This document shows positions 48,465 to 58,746 of a stretch of DNA of 64,000 nt, piece by piece (position 1 is the first letter of the stretch; each line of letters starts with the position of its first letter). The DNA is taken from positions 2,751-66,750 of the forward strand of contig DAOTTS010000056.1 in the NCBI GenBank assembly GCA_034437735.1. Reading direction: 5' to 3'. This DNA comes from Anaerolineae bacterium. GTDB lineage: Bacteria; Chloroflexota; Anaerolineae; B4-G1; SLSP01. The notes beneath the pieces were generated by a model, which did no database searches, was not told the DNA's origin, and saw only the letters and a list, made by a program, of their open reading frames with translations. Position numbers and translations under genes: made by a program.

Positions 48465-49868
48465 TCACGCCTCTGAGGGGGGCCCGTACTCTGGATTCGG
48501 CTGCGGGATCTTCGCCTCGACGCGCGCGCGCCACGCCGACAGCATCGTGTGCAGCCGGGCCGTCACCTCGGGTATCTCCTCGCTCAGATCGTGCTCCTCC
48601 CCAATGTCCTCCCGCAGATTATACAACTCGACGTGCCCATCCTCAAAGAACTCAATCAGCTTGTAATCCCCGGCCCGCACCGACGAACCGGGCGTGCCGC
48701 CCTGGTTGCCGTAGTGCGGATAGTGCCAGAAGATCGCCTCCCGGTCGAGACCGTCGCCCCCCTTGAGCAGCGGGACGAGACTCACCCCATCGGTGTGTTG
48801 GCGCGAGCGGAGGTCCAACCCTGCGATCTCCAGCATCGTCGGGTAGAAATCGGGACTGGTCACCGGGACCGAACAGACGCTGCCGGGCTCGATCACGCTT
48901 GGCCACTTGACGAGCAGGGGTTCCCGCGTGCCGCCCTCGTACATCCATCCCTTACCCTCGGCGAGCGGCGCATTGCAGGTCGGCGAGCCCTCCGCGGTCG
49001 CCAGGCCGCCGTTGTCGGACGTGAAGATGATCACCGTGTCCTCCGCGCATCCGGCGCGATCCAACGCGTCGAGCAGCCGCCCGATGTTGGCATCGACACT
49101 CTCAACCATCGCGGCGTAGACCGGGTCCGACTGGACCAGCCGCCGCACGATCCGTTTGTCGGCCTTGTGCTCGCAGGGGAAGACGTCGCCCACCTCAAAG
49201 GGCTCGACCTCATCCAACCCCATCTCGTGGGCCTTGACCTGATACTTCTCGATCAGCGCCTCTTTCGCCTGGATGGGGATGTGGACCGAGTAGTACCACA
49301 GATTCAGGAAGAACGGTTGGTCGTCCGCTTGGGATTCGATGAGCGCGATCGCCCGGTCGGTCAGGTAGTCGGTCAGGTAGGTGCCGGGGGGTTCATTACC
49401 GAGCCCCGGGATATCCCACGGGCTGAAATACCCATTCATCGGCATTCCCCAGTGACATCCGCCCACGTTGACGTCAAAGCCCTGTTTCTCCGGATAGTAG
49501 GGGGGATTGCCCAGGTGCCACTTCCCGACGTGCCACGTGGCGTATCCGGCCTCCCCGAGCGCCTGCGCCAGGTTGGTCTCCTCCAGGGGCAGATGATCGA
49601 TATACGGCGCGTCAATCAGTTTGCCCCGCGTGTGCCCCCCGATATAGTTCGTGACCCCCACGGTAGCGGGATACTTCCCGCTCAACACACTGGCCCGGGT
49701 CGGCGAACAGACCGGACACGCCGCGTACGCATCGGTGAAACGCATACTCTCCGAGGCCAACCGGTCCAGATTGGGCGTCTCGTAGAACTCGCTGCCGTAG
49801 CAGACGAGGTCTTTCCACCCCATATCGTCCATCAAGATGAAGATAAAATTCGGCTGCTTCGTCGGCAT
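48465..49868 (-). CDS. Sulfatase (arylsulfatase family, Cys-type)
   Basis: CPVCSPTRASVLSG (CxPxR), GKWHLG and TSDNGG blocks. The start is ATG 49868 with GGAGGAGG 4 nt upstream. Confidence 0.85.
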   Translation of the reverse strand: MPTKQPNFIFILMDDMGWKDLVCYGSEFYETPNLDRLASESMRFTDAYAACPVCSPTRASVLSGKYPATVGVTNYIGGHTRGKLIDAPYIDHLPLEETNLAQALGEAGYATWHVGKWHLGNPPYYPEKQGFDVNVGGCHWGMPMNGYFSPWDIPGLGNEPPGTYLTDYLTDRAIALIESQADDQPFFLNLWYYSVHIPIQAKEALIEKYQVKAHEMGLDEVEPFEVGDVFPCEHKADKRIVRRLVQSDPVYAAMVESVDANIGRLLDALDRAGCAEDTVIIFTSDNGGLATAEGSPTCNAPLAEGKGWMYEGGTREPLLVKWPSVIEPGSVCSVPVTSPDFYPTMLEIAGLDLRSRQHTDGVSLVPLLKGGDGLDREAIFWHYPHYGNQGGTPGSSVRAGDYKLIEFFEDGHVELYNLREDIGEEHDLSEEIPEVTARLHTMLSAWRARVEAKIPQPNPEYGPPSEA

Positions 49869-50143
49869 CCGACCTCCTCCCACGCTTATGTTTATGTTTC
49901 AAACTGATTGGTTCCCTGCGATAGAGCCTATCAGCGCTCTGACTCATTTCGGTTTGTAGTAGGCGCCTTCAGCGCCGTCCTTCAGGGCGATAAATCGCCG
50001 ACTACAAGCCATCGTTAGAGCGTTGACAAGCCTTGCCCTGCGCTGGACGGCTGGGCTATGTTGGGTGAAGCCGGGGATTGCAAATCCCCTTGGAGCGTCC
50101 ATGGTTCAGCGTGCGTATGGTGAGAGTCTAGCGCCCCAATCCC

Positions 50144-51508
50144 TCAAGGCACCAGAAATTTCACGCAGACGGGCATCGACACCTCGGTCTCCGCACCGGT
50201 GGGCGTCAGGGCCCCGGTCTCCCCATCGATCCGGAACGCAACCACGTTGTCGGAGTCCTGGTTCGCCGCCAGCAGGAGCGACCCGGTGGGATCGATGGCG
50301 AAGTTCCTCGGCGTCTCCCCCGCGGTCGCAGCGTGCTCGACGTACTGGAGCGTGCCGTCCGCCTCATCAATGGCATAGACCACGAGACTGTCGTGGCCCC
50401 GGTTCGACCCGTAGAGGAATCGCCCCGACGGCGTCACGTGAATGTCCGCAGTCGTGTTGCGGCCCTCAAAGCCCTCCGGCAGCGTGGGCACCGTCTGCAG
50501 CGGCGCCAAGGTGCCGCTGACCGGATCGTAGGCCAGGGCCGTGATTGTGTTGCCCATCTCATTGATCAGGTAGGCATAGCGACCGTTAGGGTGGAACGTG
50601 AAATGTCTCGGCCCCGAGCCGCCCTCGCCCTTATAGAAAGGCACCGTGTTCGGCACCAACTGACCGGGGCGCTCATCGATGCGGTAACTCATCAGACGAT
50701 CGGTCCCCAGATCGGCAATGAAGGCAAACCGGTTCGCCGCATCCAACGTGACCGAGTGCGCGTGCGGGCCCTGCTGCCGGTTTGGATTCGGTCCGGAGCC
50801 CTCGAAGGTCACAGTGTCCGACGCAGGTTCCAAACTTCCGTCCTGCTGAATGGGGAAGACGGCTGCCGTGCCGCTCCCGTAGTTCGCCACGTACGCGAAG
50901 GTCCCCTCGCGGTTGACGGCGACGTAGCACGGCGCCGTGCCGTGCGTCGGCTGCTGATTCAGCAGCGTCAACGCGTTGGTGTCCGGGTCCAAGGCAAACG
51001 CGCTCACCGCGCCGGTCGATTCGCCCTGCCAGTCCCCGACCTCGTTGACGGCATAGAGATACCGCTTGCTCGGGTGGATCGCCAGGAACGAGGGGTTCTC
51101 CCCGTCCTTCGCCGTCGCCAGGTGGCTCAGGGCCCCACTCTCAGGATCGATCTCATAGACGTAGATACCTTCACTCTCCTTGCGTGTGTACGTCCCCACA
51201 AAAACCAACGTCCGCTTTGTCTCCGGCATCGCTTCAGCCTCCTGTTTTTTGCTCTCTAACGTCGCTGTCATCGTCGGTTGAATCACGTCCACTTCGGTAG
51301 GTGTGGGAGCCGGCGGGATCGCGGTCGGCTGCGGGGTCGAACTGGCGGTGGGGGTGCGAGTCGCGGGTTCGGGCGTCGCCGTGATCTCGGCCAGCGGGGC
51401 CGGCGTTGACCCAGCATCGGCGCACCCGGCGAGAACCACCAGTAACAGGATGCTCAGCCCAAGGGCCCATATCCGTGCCCTCGGACGGGCAACTATCCTC
51501 ACCATCAA
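50144..51508 (-). CDS. Lactonase, 7-bladed beta-propeller (6-phosphogluconolactonase/3-carboxymuconate-cyclase-like), lipoprotein with Thr/Pro-rich linker
   Basis: Signal peptide plus LAGC lipobox. Family-typical repeats (LYAVNE..., AYVANYGSGT..., AFIADLGTD..., YLINEMGNT..., LLAANQDSD...). Confidence 0.75.
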   Translation of the reverse strand: MMVRIVARPRARIWALGLSILLLVVLAGCADAGSTPAPLAEITATPEPATRTPTASSTPQPTAIPPAPTPTEVDVIQPTMTATLESKKQEAEAMPETKRTLVFVGTYTRKESEGIYVYEIDPESGALSHLATAKDGENPSFLAIHPSKRYLYAVNEVGDWQGESTGAVSAFALDPDTNALTLLNQQPTHGTAPCYVAVNREGTFAYVANYGSGTAAVFPIQQDGSLEPASDTVTFEGSGPNPNRQQGPHAHSVTLDAANRFAFIADLGTDRLMSYRIDERPGQLVPNTVPFYKGEGGSGPRHFTFHPNGRYAYLINEMGNTITALAYDPVSGTLAPLQTVPTLPEGFEGRNTTADIHVTPSGRFLYGSNRGHDSLVVYAIDEADGTLQYVEHAATAGETPRNFAIDPTGSLLLAANQDSDNVVAFRIDGETGALTPTGAETEVSMPVCVKFLVP

Positions 51509-52017
51509 GCCGCCGCGTTCCCTCGAACCGGCTCATCCACACCGTGAGACGGCAGCGCCGCCCCACACCGGTGGCAGCGCGCCTCGTACCAGCTAAACGG
51601 CGCGCCGCAGGACGGACAGGACCACCGCCGGGCCTGGGCCCGCACCCACACCTCCGCCCCCTTGTCCGCGATCGACCTCAGGGTTGAGACCACGCCGACG
51701 TGGTGCTTGTGCCCGTCGTTCTGAAATCGCAGCAGCTTCTCGCAGGGTAGGTCCTCGCATTCGCCGCAGTGCAGCACCCCACGCACCTCCGCGCAGCGAC
51801 GCAGCGTGCAGGTCGCGCAGTTGGCGTGCGCGTAAAGCCGGCCGGACCGGCAGCCCTCGCAGACGTAGCCCTCCAGGGGCCGACCGCCGCACGCCTCGTC
51901 GGCCAGCAGGTGCTCCCCACCCGGCTGTCCAGCGCGATAGTGATAGCACGCGCCGCAGTAGAGCCCGCAGACGGCGAGCAGGTTAAGGTCAGGTGCGTCA
52001 TGTCGCTCACAACTCAT
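51505..52017 (-). CDS. Cys-rich DUF3795-like protein
   Basis: CGLYCGACYHY...CEGC...CATC...CGECEDLPC pattern. There is a 4-nt overlap with the lactonase gene start. The start is chosen at MSCERHD; the alternatives at 52029 and 52083 are possible. Confidence 0.45.
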   Translation of the reverse strand: MSCERHDAPDLNLLAVCGLYCGACYHYRAGQPGGEHLLADEACGGRPLEGYVCEGCRSGRLYAHANCATCTLRRCAEVRGVLHCGECEDLPCEKLLRFQNDGHKHHVGVVSTLRSIADKGAEVWVRAQARRWSCPSCGAPFSWYEARCHRCGAALPSHGVDEPVRGNAAA

Positions 52018-52102
52018 CGATTCCCCCATACAAACCGCTCTTGTACTTGACGCCCTCACACCCTCCGGGCCAACTTCGCACATCTCACGGGCGCCCCCGT
52101 GA

Positions 52103-53092
52103 TCAGTTCTCGACCTCCAGCATATGCCGGTAAGCCACGACCGCCGCGCCCACTGGGCCCGCGTCGTCGCCCAAAGCCGAGGGCACGATCCGCACCTTCT
52201 CCGCGTCCTCCTGCTGCATGAAGTGCATGCGGGCGGTCCGCGCGATGGGGTCGATGAATGGCTGACCCAGCCGCTCTACCAGTCCGCCGCCGAAGACGAC
52301 CACCTGCGGATCGAGAATGTTGACCAGGTTGGCCGTCAGCAGGCCGAGATGGAACTGCGCCGTCTCCAGCGCCTCCGCCATCAGCGCGTCGCCCGCCTCA
52401 AGGGCATCCTCGATCACGCTGCTGATCAGCTTCCGCTTCCCCTTGTCCTTCATAATCTCCGGGACCACGCTCGTTCGCCCCCGCGCCATCTGCTCCTCGA
52501 TCATCTTCATCATCGCCGTCTTGCTCGCGTAGGCCTCCACGCACCCCTCACGACCGCAGCCGCACATCCGACCGTAGGGGTTTACCACCGTATGACCAAT
52601 CTCGCCCGCCGAACCGCGCCATCCCTGGTGGGGCTTGCCGTCGATGATGATGCCGCCGCCGATGCCGGTTCCCACCCAGATACCGACCATATCCAACACG
52701 CCCTGCCCGGCTCCATAGACGGACTCACCGATCACTCCGATATTGACGTCGTTATCCACCACGACCGGGAGCCCCAGGCGATCCTGGAGCATCTCCCCGA
52801 GCGGGACATTGCTCCAGCCCAGATTGGGCGCGTCGTGGACGATACCGGTCGAGGGGTCGATCGCACCAGGCGCGCCGATGCATAGGGCTTCAAAGTCGTC
52901 AGGGTCGGCGTCCATCTTCTTGCTCGCCTTACGCACCGTCTTCTCAATCCGATCGATGACGGTATCGACCCCTTTATAGGCCTTGGTCTTCTTTTTCTTC
53001 GAAGCCAGCACCTCCCCATCCCGCACCACGGCCGCTTCCAAGTTAGTACCGCCAAGATCGACGCCGATAAACATCGGTTGTTGCTTATTCAT
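52103..53092 (-). CDS. ROK family sugar kinase (glucokinase-like), with Zn-binding CxCGxxGC
   Basis: FIGVDLGGTNLEAAVV N-terminus and CGCGREGCVEAY zinc motif. Confidence 0.8.
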   Translation of the reverse strand: MNKQQPMFIGVDLGGTNLEAAVVRDGEVLASKKKKTKAYKGVDTVIDRIEKTVRKASKKMDADPDDFEALCIGAPGAIDPSTGIVHDAPNLGWSNVPLGEMLQDRLGLPVVVDNDVNIGVIGESVYGAGQGVLDMVGIWVGTGIGGGIIIDGKPHQGWRGSAGEIGHTVVNPYGRMCGCGREGCVEAYASKTAMMKMIEEQMARGRTSVVPEIMKDKGKRKLISSVIEDALEAGDALMAEALETAQFHLGLLTANLVNILDPQVVVFGGGLVERLGQPFIDPIARTARMHFMQQEDAEKVRIVPSALGDDAGPVGAAVVAYRHMLEVEN

Positions 53093-53208
53093 TGCACTAT
53101 CCTCTCCACTCAGGAATGGCTATCAAACAACTTCAATACTTGATGCTTTATGCTCTTTATAGGTAGTGTAAGCCTTCTCCGACGATCAGCAAGTTCGGAT
53201 TCCCCCTG

Positions 53209-53990
53209 CTACGATTCTGTGCCCTGCTGAGCAAGAAAGCGATCCACCATCGCCCTGAACCCCGACCGGTCGCTCCACATATAGGGATGATTGGACGTAC
53301 TGGACAGATAGACCGTGCAGTTCGGGATCAGGCCGCTTATCCGCGCATACACCTGCGCAATGCCTGGCGTGCGAGGATCCTGCTGGTGCCCCGTGAGTAA
53401 CACCGGACACGCGATCGCATTCCGGATTGAATCGGGCACCGCATAGCCACCCCGGTCAGCCAACCGGCGCAGCCATTGGGTATCCGCATCGACGACCTCA
53501 CGCCAGTCGTCGCCGTGCTCCTCCTGGAGCAGCTTGGCGTTGCGGACGTAGTAGTGTTCCCGCACGTCGAGGGCGCGATGGAGCGTGCGCCCATCCATAT
53601 CCGCCAGAAAGCTGTCGGCAATCAGGCCCTTGATCGTCAGGGGATGCTGCGGCACCTGCTTGCCCGCAAAGTGGAGGGCCGCCAGCGCGCCGCCAAACGT
53701 CCCCATCGCGTACGCCGACTCGATCCCAAGATCGATCAAGATATGGCAGGCGAGATCGGCGCGGAAGGTCCACAGGTCGAACGCCCACTCATCGTGGTAC
53801 TTCGCCTCGCGCGTCGACCGGCCTGTCTCGGGATAGTCGAACGCCACGACTTGAAAACGCTCCGCGAAGTGGTCGACTCATCCGCATAGCCCCGGGACGT
53901 GTGCAACTGATCCGGGAAGATCACCAACGTCTCCCCGGTCCCCTTCTCCGTATAGAAAATCTCCAACTCTCCAATTGTGTATGTTGTCAT
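53209..53990 (-). pseudogene. Alpha/beta-hydrolase gene disrupted by a frameshift at about 53877-53880
   Basis: The upstream frame encodes MTTYTIGELEIFYTEKGTGETLVIFPDQLHTSRGYADE. A different frame continues VDHFAERFQVVAFDYPETGRS..., the classic ...FRVIAPDxxGxGxS block, directly after an in-frame TGA. The nucleophile elbow reads GTFGG rather than GxSxG. Confidence 0.5.
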
Positions 53991-54328
53991 TCAGGTCTCC
54001 TCTAAAGATAGAATCCGCTCGTAGATATCCCCTCGCCTCCATCACACTGGCGCGTCATCCTGAACAAAGTGAAGGATCTCGACGTGAAGCCCTGCGGATG
54101 CAAGGCCCCGGCTACGACCGATCAACGACAGAGGATGGAGGGTCTCACTCGACGCCGGTGCTCCCGTGTCTCACCACTCAACGTCGAGCTGCTTCACTAT
54201 CCTTCGAGTATGCTCAGGACAAGCAGTCCAGCATGACGGATAAGCCGATAGTAGCGTGTTAACCGCTCCCGCCAGGATAACACGGCGTCCTGATCTTGTC
54301 CTGAGAGCTATTATAAACCGATACTGGC

Positions 54329-55138
54329 CTACGGTCCCTTCCCGCGAATCGCCTCCTGCACATCCGCATTGAGCATCAGCGATTCGAGATCGAAGGTAAC
54401 CCAGGGCGTGCTGTCATCCAGCCACGTGATCACCCCGAGGGTGAAGGTCGGATGACCGTTCACCGTCGCCCACTCGCTCGCCTCGTCGATCCACAGCGTC
54501 TTGGTCTTGGCCCCCGTCCCTTTGTACCGCATCGCCGACATCAGGTGCGGCATTCCGTTCTCAGGATCGAAGCGCACGACGAGCCGCTGCACGTCTTCAC
54601 CGAAGGGCACCGTCAGGATCGCCGTCGTGGCGTCCACCGGTTCCCAGCGGACCCTGGAATCCGTGACCAGGATTGCCGGCAGCCAGAAGGACTCGGCCCA
54701 CAGCCCGAGGTTCGCACCCTGATCGATCTCGTCGCCTTCTTCCACCCCGAAGGGAAGCTCCATCCGCCCGCGGCCCTCAAGATAGTACTCGTTCACCTTC
54801 ATCAGCGGCATGCCGAAGAAGGTCGCCTCGATGTAGTGGCGATAGCCCTGTCCCGCATCGTGAATAAACCGCCAGCGCGCAGGGAACCAGATGCCGTTGA
54901 TCCGCATCCTCGCTCGCCCGGTGAGGACCGCCGATTCGATCACCGGCACCGTATCCCCATAGATCTGTCGGTAGAAGGTATCCACCGGCTCCGGCAGGCC
55001 CGCCGGCAGGGGCACCCGTTCCGGCTCCGAAGGCTCGCCGGCAAAGGCCGGTAACGGCTGCGGCCTGACCCGTAGGCCGGCCCACACCACGATCCCTACC
55101 CCGATCACTGCCCCCAGTACAATCAAAACGATCTTCAC
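54329..55138 (-). CDS. Hypothetical protein with N-terminal TM anchor
   Basis: ORF with native codon usage. Single N-terminal hydrophobic helix. No family recognised. Confidence 0.4.
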   Translation of the reverse strand: MKIVLIVLGAVIGVGIVVWAGLRVRPQPLPAFAGEPSEPERVPLPAGLPEPVDTFYRQIYGDTVPVIESAVLTGRARMRINGIWFPARWRFIHDAGQGYRHYIEATFFGMPLMKVNEYYLEGRGRMELPFGVEEGDEIDQGANLGLWAESFWLPAILVTDSRVRWEPVDATTAILTVPFGEDVQRLVVRFDPENGMPHLMSAMRYKGTGAKTKTLWIDEASEWATVNGHPTFTLGVITWLDDSTPWVTFDLESLMLNADVQEAIRGKGP

Positions 55139-55538
55139 ACCTTGTCTCCTTGTCTCGACGTTACAGTCTCACACGCATGATGCCTGAAACACGCGGGGTT
55201 TCAAAGTTTATCGCGACCCCAATCAGCAGTGCGCATTTACGTGAGCAGCCAGGGCATGACGAGCCCCAGACCGTTCAGAGGAGAGAATACTATCAGTAAA
55301 CGCAGCGTCCTATGGGGTTCAGCCTCGTCTGCTACCAATCATTGCCGAACCTTGGGGAGTATGCCTCTCTAATAACCAGAACAATTCCTCACGCAACGCC
55401 CCCCCTGTCACCTACCTTCAGGCATCATCAGCGCCGGATCGACCTCATCCGACGCCAGCACCTCAATAATGTGAACCGACCAGGTTCCAGAAGGTTCATA
55501 GGTAGACACCCTTTATCGGCTGTGGGCAACCGCAAGGT

Positions 55539-55946
55539 TCACTTCTGTTCCCGATCACTCTGGATAATAAGCGCCTCGATTACGTCTAACACCTGGTTCA
55601 TATTCAGCGATTGCCCTGCAATGACATGATCTTCACGACCCAAATGAAGGTGATGTGGATAAGTCGATACCTCAGGATGATGCGGGCTGTTGTCCCAGCG
55701 GCGACGTAAATGAGTTTTCGTGGAATCCATCCACTGATACCGATAATCCACAGTCTCAATGCCTTGCCTGATTCGCACAAAATACTCGGTCAGCTCCAAG
55801 AAATCACCACTTACCAGTTCGATTTGCACGCGGAAGTAACCATCAGTTGCTGTTGTCCGTTCCCGAGATATCATGTACTGCTCTACAATGGGACTGGTAA
55901 CCAACTTGAGTTTAACCGAGTCGAGGTAGGCCTCAATTTCACTCAA
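55539..55946 (-). CDS. TumE-like (DUF6516-like) putative toxin of a two-gene TA-like module
   Basis: The RWDNSPHHPEVSTYPHHLHLGRED motif resembles the TumE family RWDNAPHH...FPHHKH. The probable start is TTG 55946, overlapping the upstream stop (TTGA). Low-GC island. Family call from memory. Confidence 0.4.
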   Translation of the reverse strand: MSEIEAYLDSVKLKLVTSPIVEQYMISRERTTATDGYFRVQIELVSGDFLELTEYFVRIRQGIETVDYRYQWMDSTKTHLRRRWDNSPHHPEVSTYPHHLHLGREDHVIAGQSLNMNQVLDVIEALIIQSDREQK

Positions 55947-56257
55947 GTCTCTTGTCCCCGCAGAATGCTTAGGCGCGCGCGCAATCTCGTCACCATCTGA
56001 TACAAAGCACTCCACTCAACGAAATCCGCATCATCGCCCAGGTGCCCTTCGCGATAGCGCACGTAGAACTCCTCGGAATCCATGTCGTATCGCGCCTCCA
56101 ACTCAGCAAGATCTTTCTCTAAGCCTGCGAGGTCAGTCTGATCACGCGCAAGTTGATGAGCGATGATCTTACGCAATGACCGGTCGAGAAAACTATCCTC
56201 GTAACCTTCAGAATAGAGGCGCTCGAGGTTCCTAATCTGTTTCAGTGTTGCCTGCAT
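55943..56257 (-). CDS. Small protein (104 aa), upstream partner of the TumE-like gene; putative antitoxin-like component
   Basis: Translationally coupled to the downstream gene. Low GC. No family recognised. Confidence 0.4.
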   Translation of the reverse strand: MQATLKQIRNLERLYSEGYEDSFLDRSLRKIIAHQLARDQTDLAGLEKDLAELEARYDMDSEEFYVRYREGHLGDDADFVEWSALYQMVTRLRARLSILRGQET

Positions 56258-56363
56258 CCCATCCTCCTTCCGAATTTCTCATACAATACACAGGGAGGCT
56301 CCAATCTCATTATAGCATAGTCAACCAATATGAATCAACGCCGAAAGACCAACCGTGCCGTCA

Positions 56364-58655
56364 TCAAGCCAAGACCCCCATCGAGGGCGGGGCGTCCTCG
56401 GGCCGGCTGCCCCACGCCCGGTTCGGTTCCTCCCCGAGTTCGATCCGCAGCGTGCCCCCGGCGACGAAATCCGCGTGCCGGACCCACGGCTTCTCCCACG
56501 GCTCGCCGTTCAACGCAACCGACTGGATGTAGCGCTCCCCGGGGCCGTTCCCCACCGTCTCGATCACGAACGTCCCGCCGCCGTGATACTCGGGATGCAG
56601 GTGGATCGTGATCCGGTCGAAGAGCGGGCGGGTCAGCTCGTAGAAGGGCTCGCGGTGACAGCCGCCCTGCACGTTAAAGAGCCCCATCGCCATCAGCGCA
56701 TTGAGGCACCCCATCTGTCCCTGATCCTCGTCGCCGCCGTACCCACCGGACGGGGTGACGTCGCTCTTCGCCTGCCGCATAATGCGCTGCACCCACTGCT
56801 GCGTCAGCCAGGGTGCGCCGGCGTAGGTGAAGAGATGCGCGATATACATCGAGGGCTGGTTGCCGTAGTCCAATGGCGCCACGTGGTGCTTGCCGTGCGG
56901 CGCGATGAAGTCCGTCGTCTGGGCATCCTCGAAGAGCGCGTTCAGCTCCGTTACGAACGCCTCCCGCCCGCCGAAGAGGGCGATCAGGTCGGCGACGTTG
57001 TGCGGCACGTACCAGCGGTTCTGATGCCCGTTGCTCTCCTCCCAACCCGCCGGATCCATCGGGTCGAAGTCCGGCAGAAAACGCCCATCCATCATCCTGG
57101 GACGCATAAACCGCGTCTCCGGATCCCAGAGCGTGCGGTAATTCGTCGCACGCGCCATCAGCGCGTCGCAGTCATCCTCCCGCCCCAACGCTGCCGCCAG
57201 TTGCGCCAGCGCCCAGTCGTGGTAGGCATACTCAAGCGTCCGCGTGCCCGCGGCCTGCATATGGAACGCGTCCGCCTCAATGCCCATCGGGACGTAACCC
57301 CGCGCCAGGTAATACTCGACGCCACCGCCCTTACAGGTGAAGTGCTCGTATCCGGCCTTGCTCATCATCCCGCCCGGCCCGTGATTCTTGAGCATCCCCT
57401 CATAGGCCGCGTCCATGTCGAAATCCCGAACGCCCTGCATATAGGCCGAGACGAGAAAGGTCGTCGAGCTGGGACTCGACATCACGAAGGAGTAATCGCC
57501 GCCCGACGGCCCCCGAGGAATCAGCCCGCCGTCCCGGTACATATCCACCAGCGTGTTGCAGAAGCCGCTGGTCACTTCGGGCCAGGCCATCGCCCAGAGC
57601 AGGTTCAGGCTCCACGGCGCCCCCCAGAACGCATCGGAATTGTAGTGAGCATAGCGGGGTTTCCCCTCGTCGTCGAGCGGAATCTGCCGGACTCGAGGCA
57701 GGTCGCCCGTGTTGTCGAGATACGTGCCCCCGGCATCACTGAACCGCCGCCGCCCTTTGAGCGCGTGGAAGAGGTCGGTGTAGAACTTGGTCCGCTGCGC
57801 CTCGGTGCCGCCCTCGATTTCGATCCGGCCCAGCATCTCATCCCAATCGTCCTGCGCTTCGTGTCGAGCCCGGTCAAAGTCCCAGTGCGGGAGCTCCACC
57901 GCCAAGTTCTGCCGGGCCGGTTCGATCCCGCAGTAAGAGAGCGCGACCTTCATCTGAACGACGTCACTGGACGCCACGTCAAACCGGGGGGCCACGCCGA
58001 TGCCGGGCCCGGCGACGGCATCCTGCCGGAGCGGTGCGAGTTCCCCCTCGCGCCAGGCCGACAGTTCGGCGATCTCACGGTCGAAGGTCGCGACGAAGAA
58101 GAGCTTGGTCCGCCGCTTGCGCCGCACGGTGCGGTCGTTCTCCACAAAACCCACGAGCGTCCGATCGTCAACCTGCCGGACGAAGGCGTCGGACATCGGG
58201 AGACTTATGGGTGCGCCCAGGTCCATGATCACCCATGCGTCACCGGCCCGCCGGAAGGTGTAGCGGTGGCACCCCACCCGCACCGTCGCCGTGAGTTCCA
58301 CGCGGATCTCGTCATCCTCCAACGTGACCGCGTGGTATCCCGGCTCCGCGCGCTCGGTCTCGTGAGAGAACCGGGACTTGTAGGCCTCGGAGCCCTGCGG
58401 CCCCTTGAGTTCGCCCATCGTGGGCATCACCGGCACGCCGCAAAGCTGCCAGGCGTGCACGTGGCTGAACCCATGGATGTGCGTATCGGGATAGCGGTAG
58501 CCACTGTGCCAGGCATCCTGCCCTACCCGGGTGTCCGGGCTCAGATTGACCAGCCCGAAGGGCCGGCTCGCGGTCGTGAGGAAGAAGAACCTGCGGTTCG
58601 CGGTGTCAATCAGGGGATCCACCCAATCGACAGGTCGTCGCTTCGTCTCGTTCAT
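56364..58655 (-). CDS. GH92 family alpha-1,2-mannosidase
   Basis: 763 aa with characteristic GH92 blocks (GFSHVHAWQ..., WDEMLGRIEIEGG..., VAPLDYGNQPSMYIAHLF...). Confidence 0.8.
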   Translation of the reverse strand: MNETKRRPVDWVDPLIDTANRRFFFLTTASRPFGLVNLSPDTRVGQDAWHSGYRYPDTHIHGFSHVHAWQLCGVPVMPTMGELKGPQGSEAYKSRFSHETERAEPGYHAVTLEDDEIRVELTATVRVGCHRYTFRRAGDAWVIMDLGAPISLPMSDAFVRQVDDRTLVGFVENDRTVRRKRRTKLFFVATFDREIAELSAWREGELAPLRQDAVAGPGIGVAPRFDVASSDVVQMKVALSYCGIEPARQNLAVELPHWDFDRARHEAQDDWDEMLGRIEIEGGTEAQRTKFYTDLFHALKGRRRFSDAGGTYLDNTGDLPRVRQIPLDDEGKPRYAHYNSDAFWGAPWSLNLLWAMAWPEVTSGFCNTLVDMYRDGGLIPRGPSGGDYSFVMSSPSSTTFLVSAYMQGVRDFDMDAAYEGMLKNHGPGGMMSKAGYEHFTCKGGGVEYYLARGYVPMGIEADAFHMQAAGTRTLEYAYHDWALAQLAAALGREDDCDALMARATNYRTLWDPETRFMRPRMMDGRFLPDFDPMDPAGWEESNGHQNRWYVPHNVADLIALFGGREAFVTELNALFEDAQTTDFIAPHGKHHVAPLDYGNQPSMYIAHLFTYAGAPWLTQQWVQRIMRQAKSDVTPSGGYGGDEDQGQMGCLNALMAMGLFNVQGGCHREPFYELTRPLFDRITIHLHPEYHGGGTFVIETVGNGPGERYIQSVALNGEPWEKPWVRHADFVAGGTLRIELGEEPNRAWGSRPEDAPPSMGVLA

Positions 58656-58746
58656 CGTGATCGTGTTCCTTTCAACTCAACATGATGCGCTATCCGGTCA
58701 CCTACATTGCCTCAGTGATAATCCGCGATGGCAGTGTGAAGTGACC

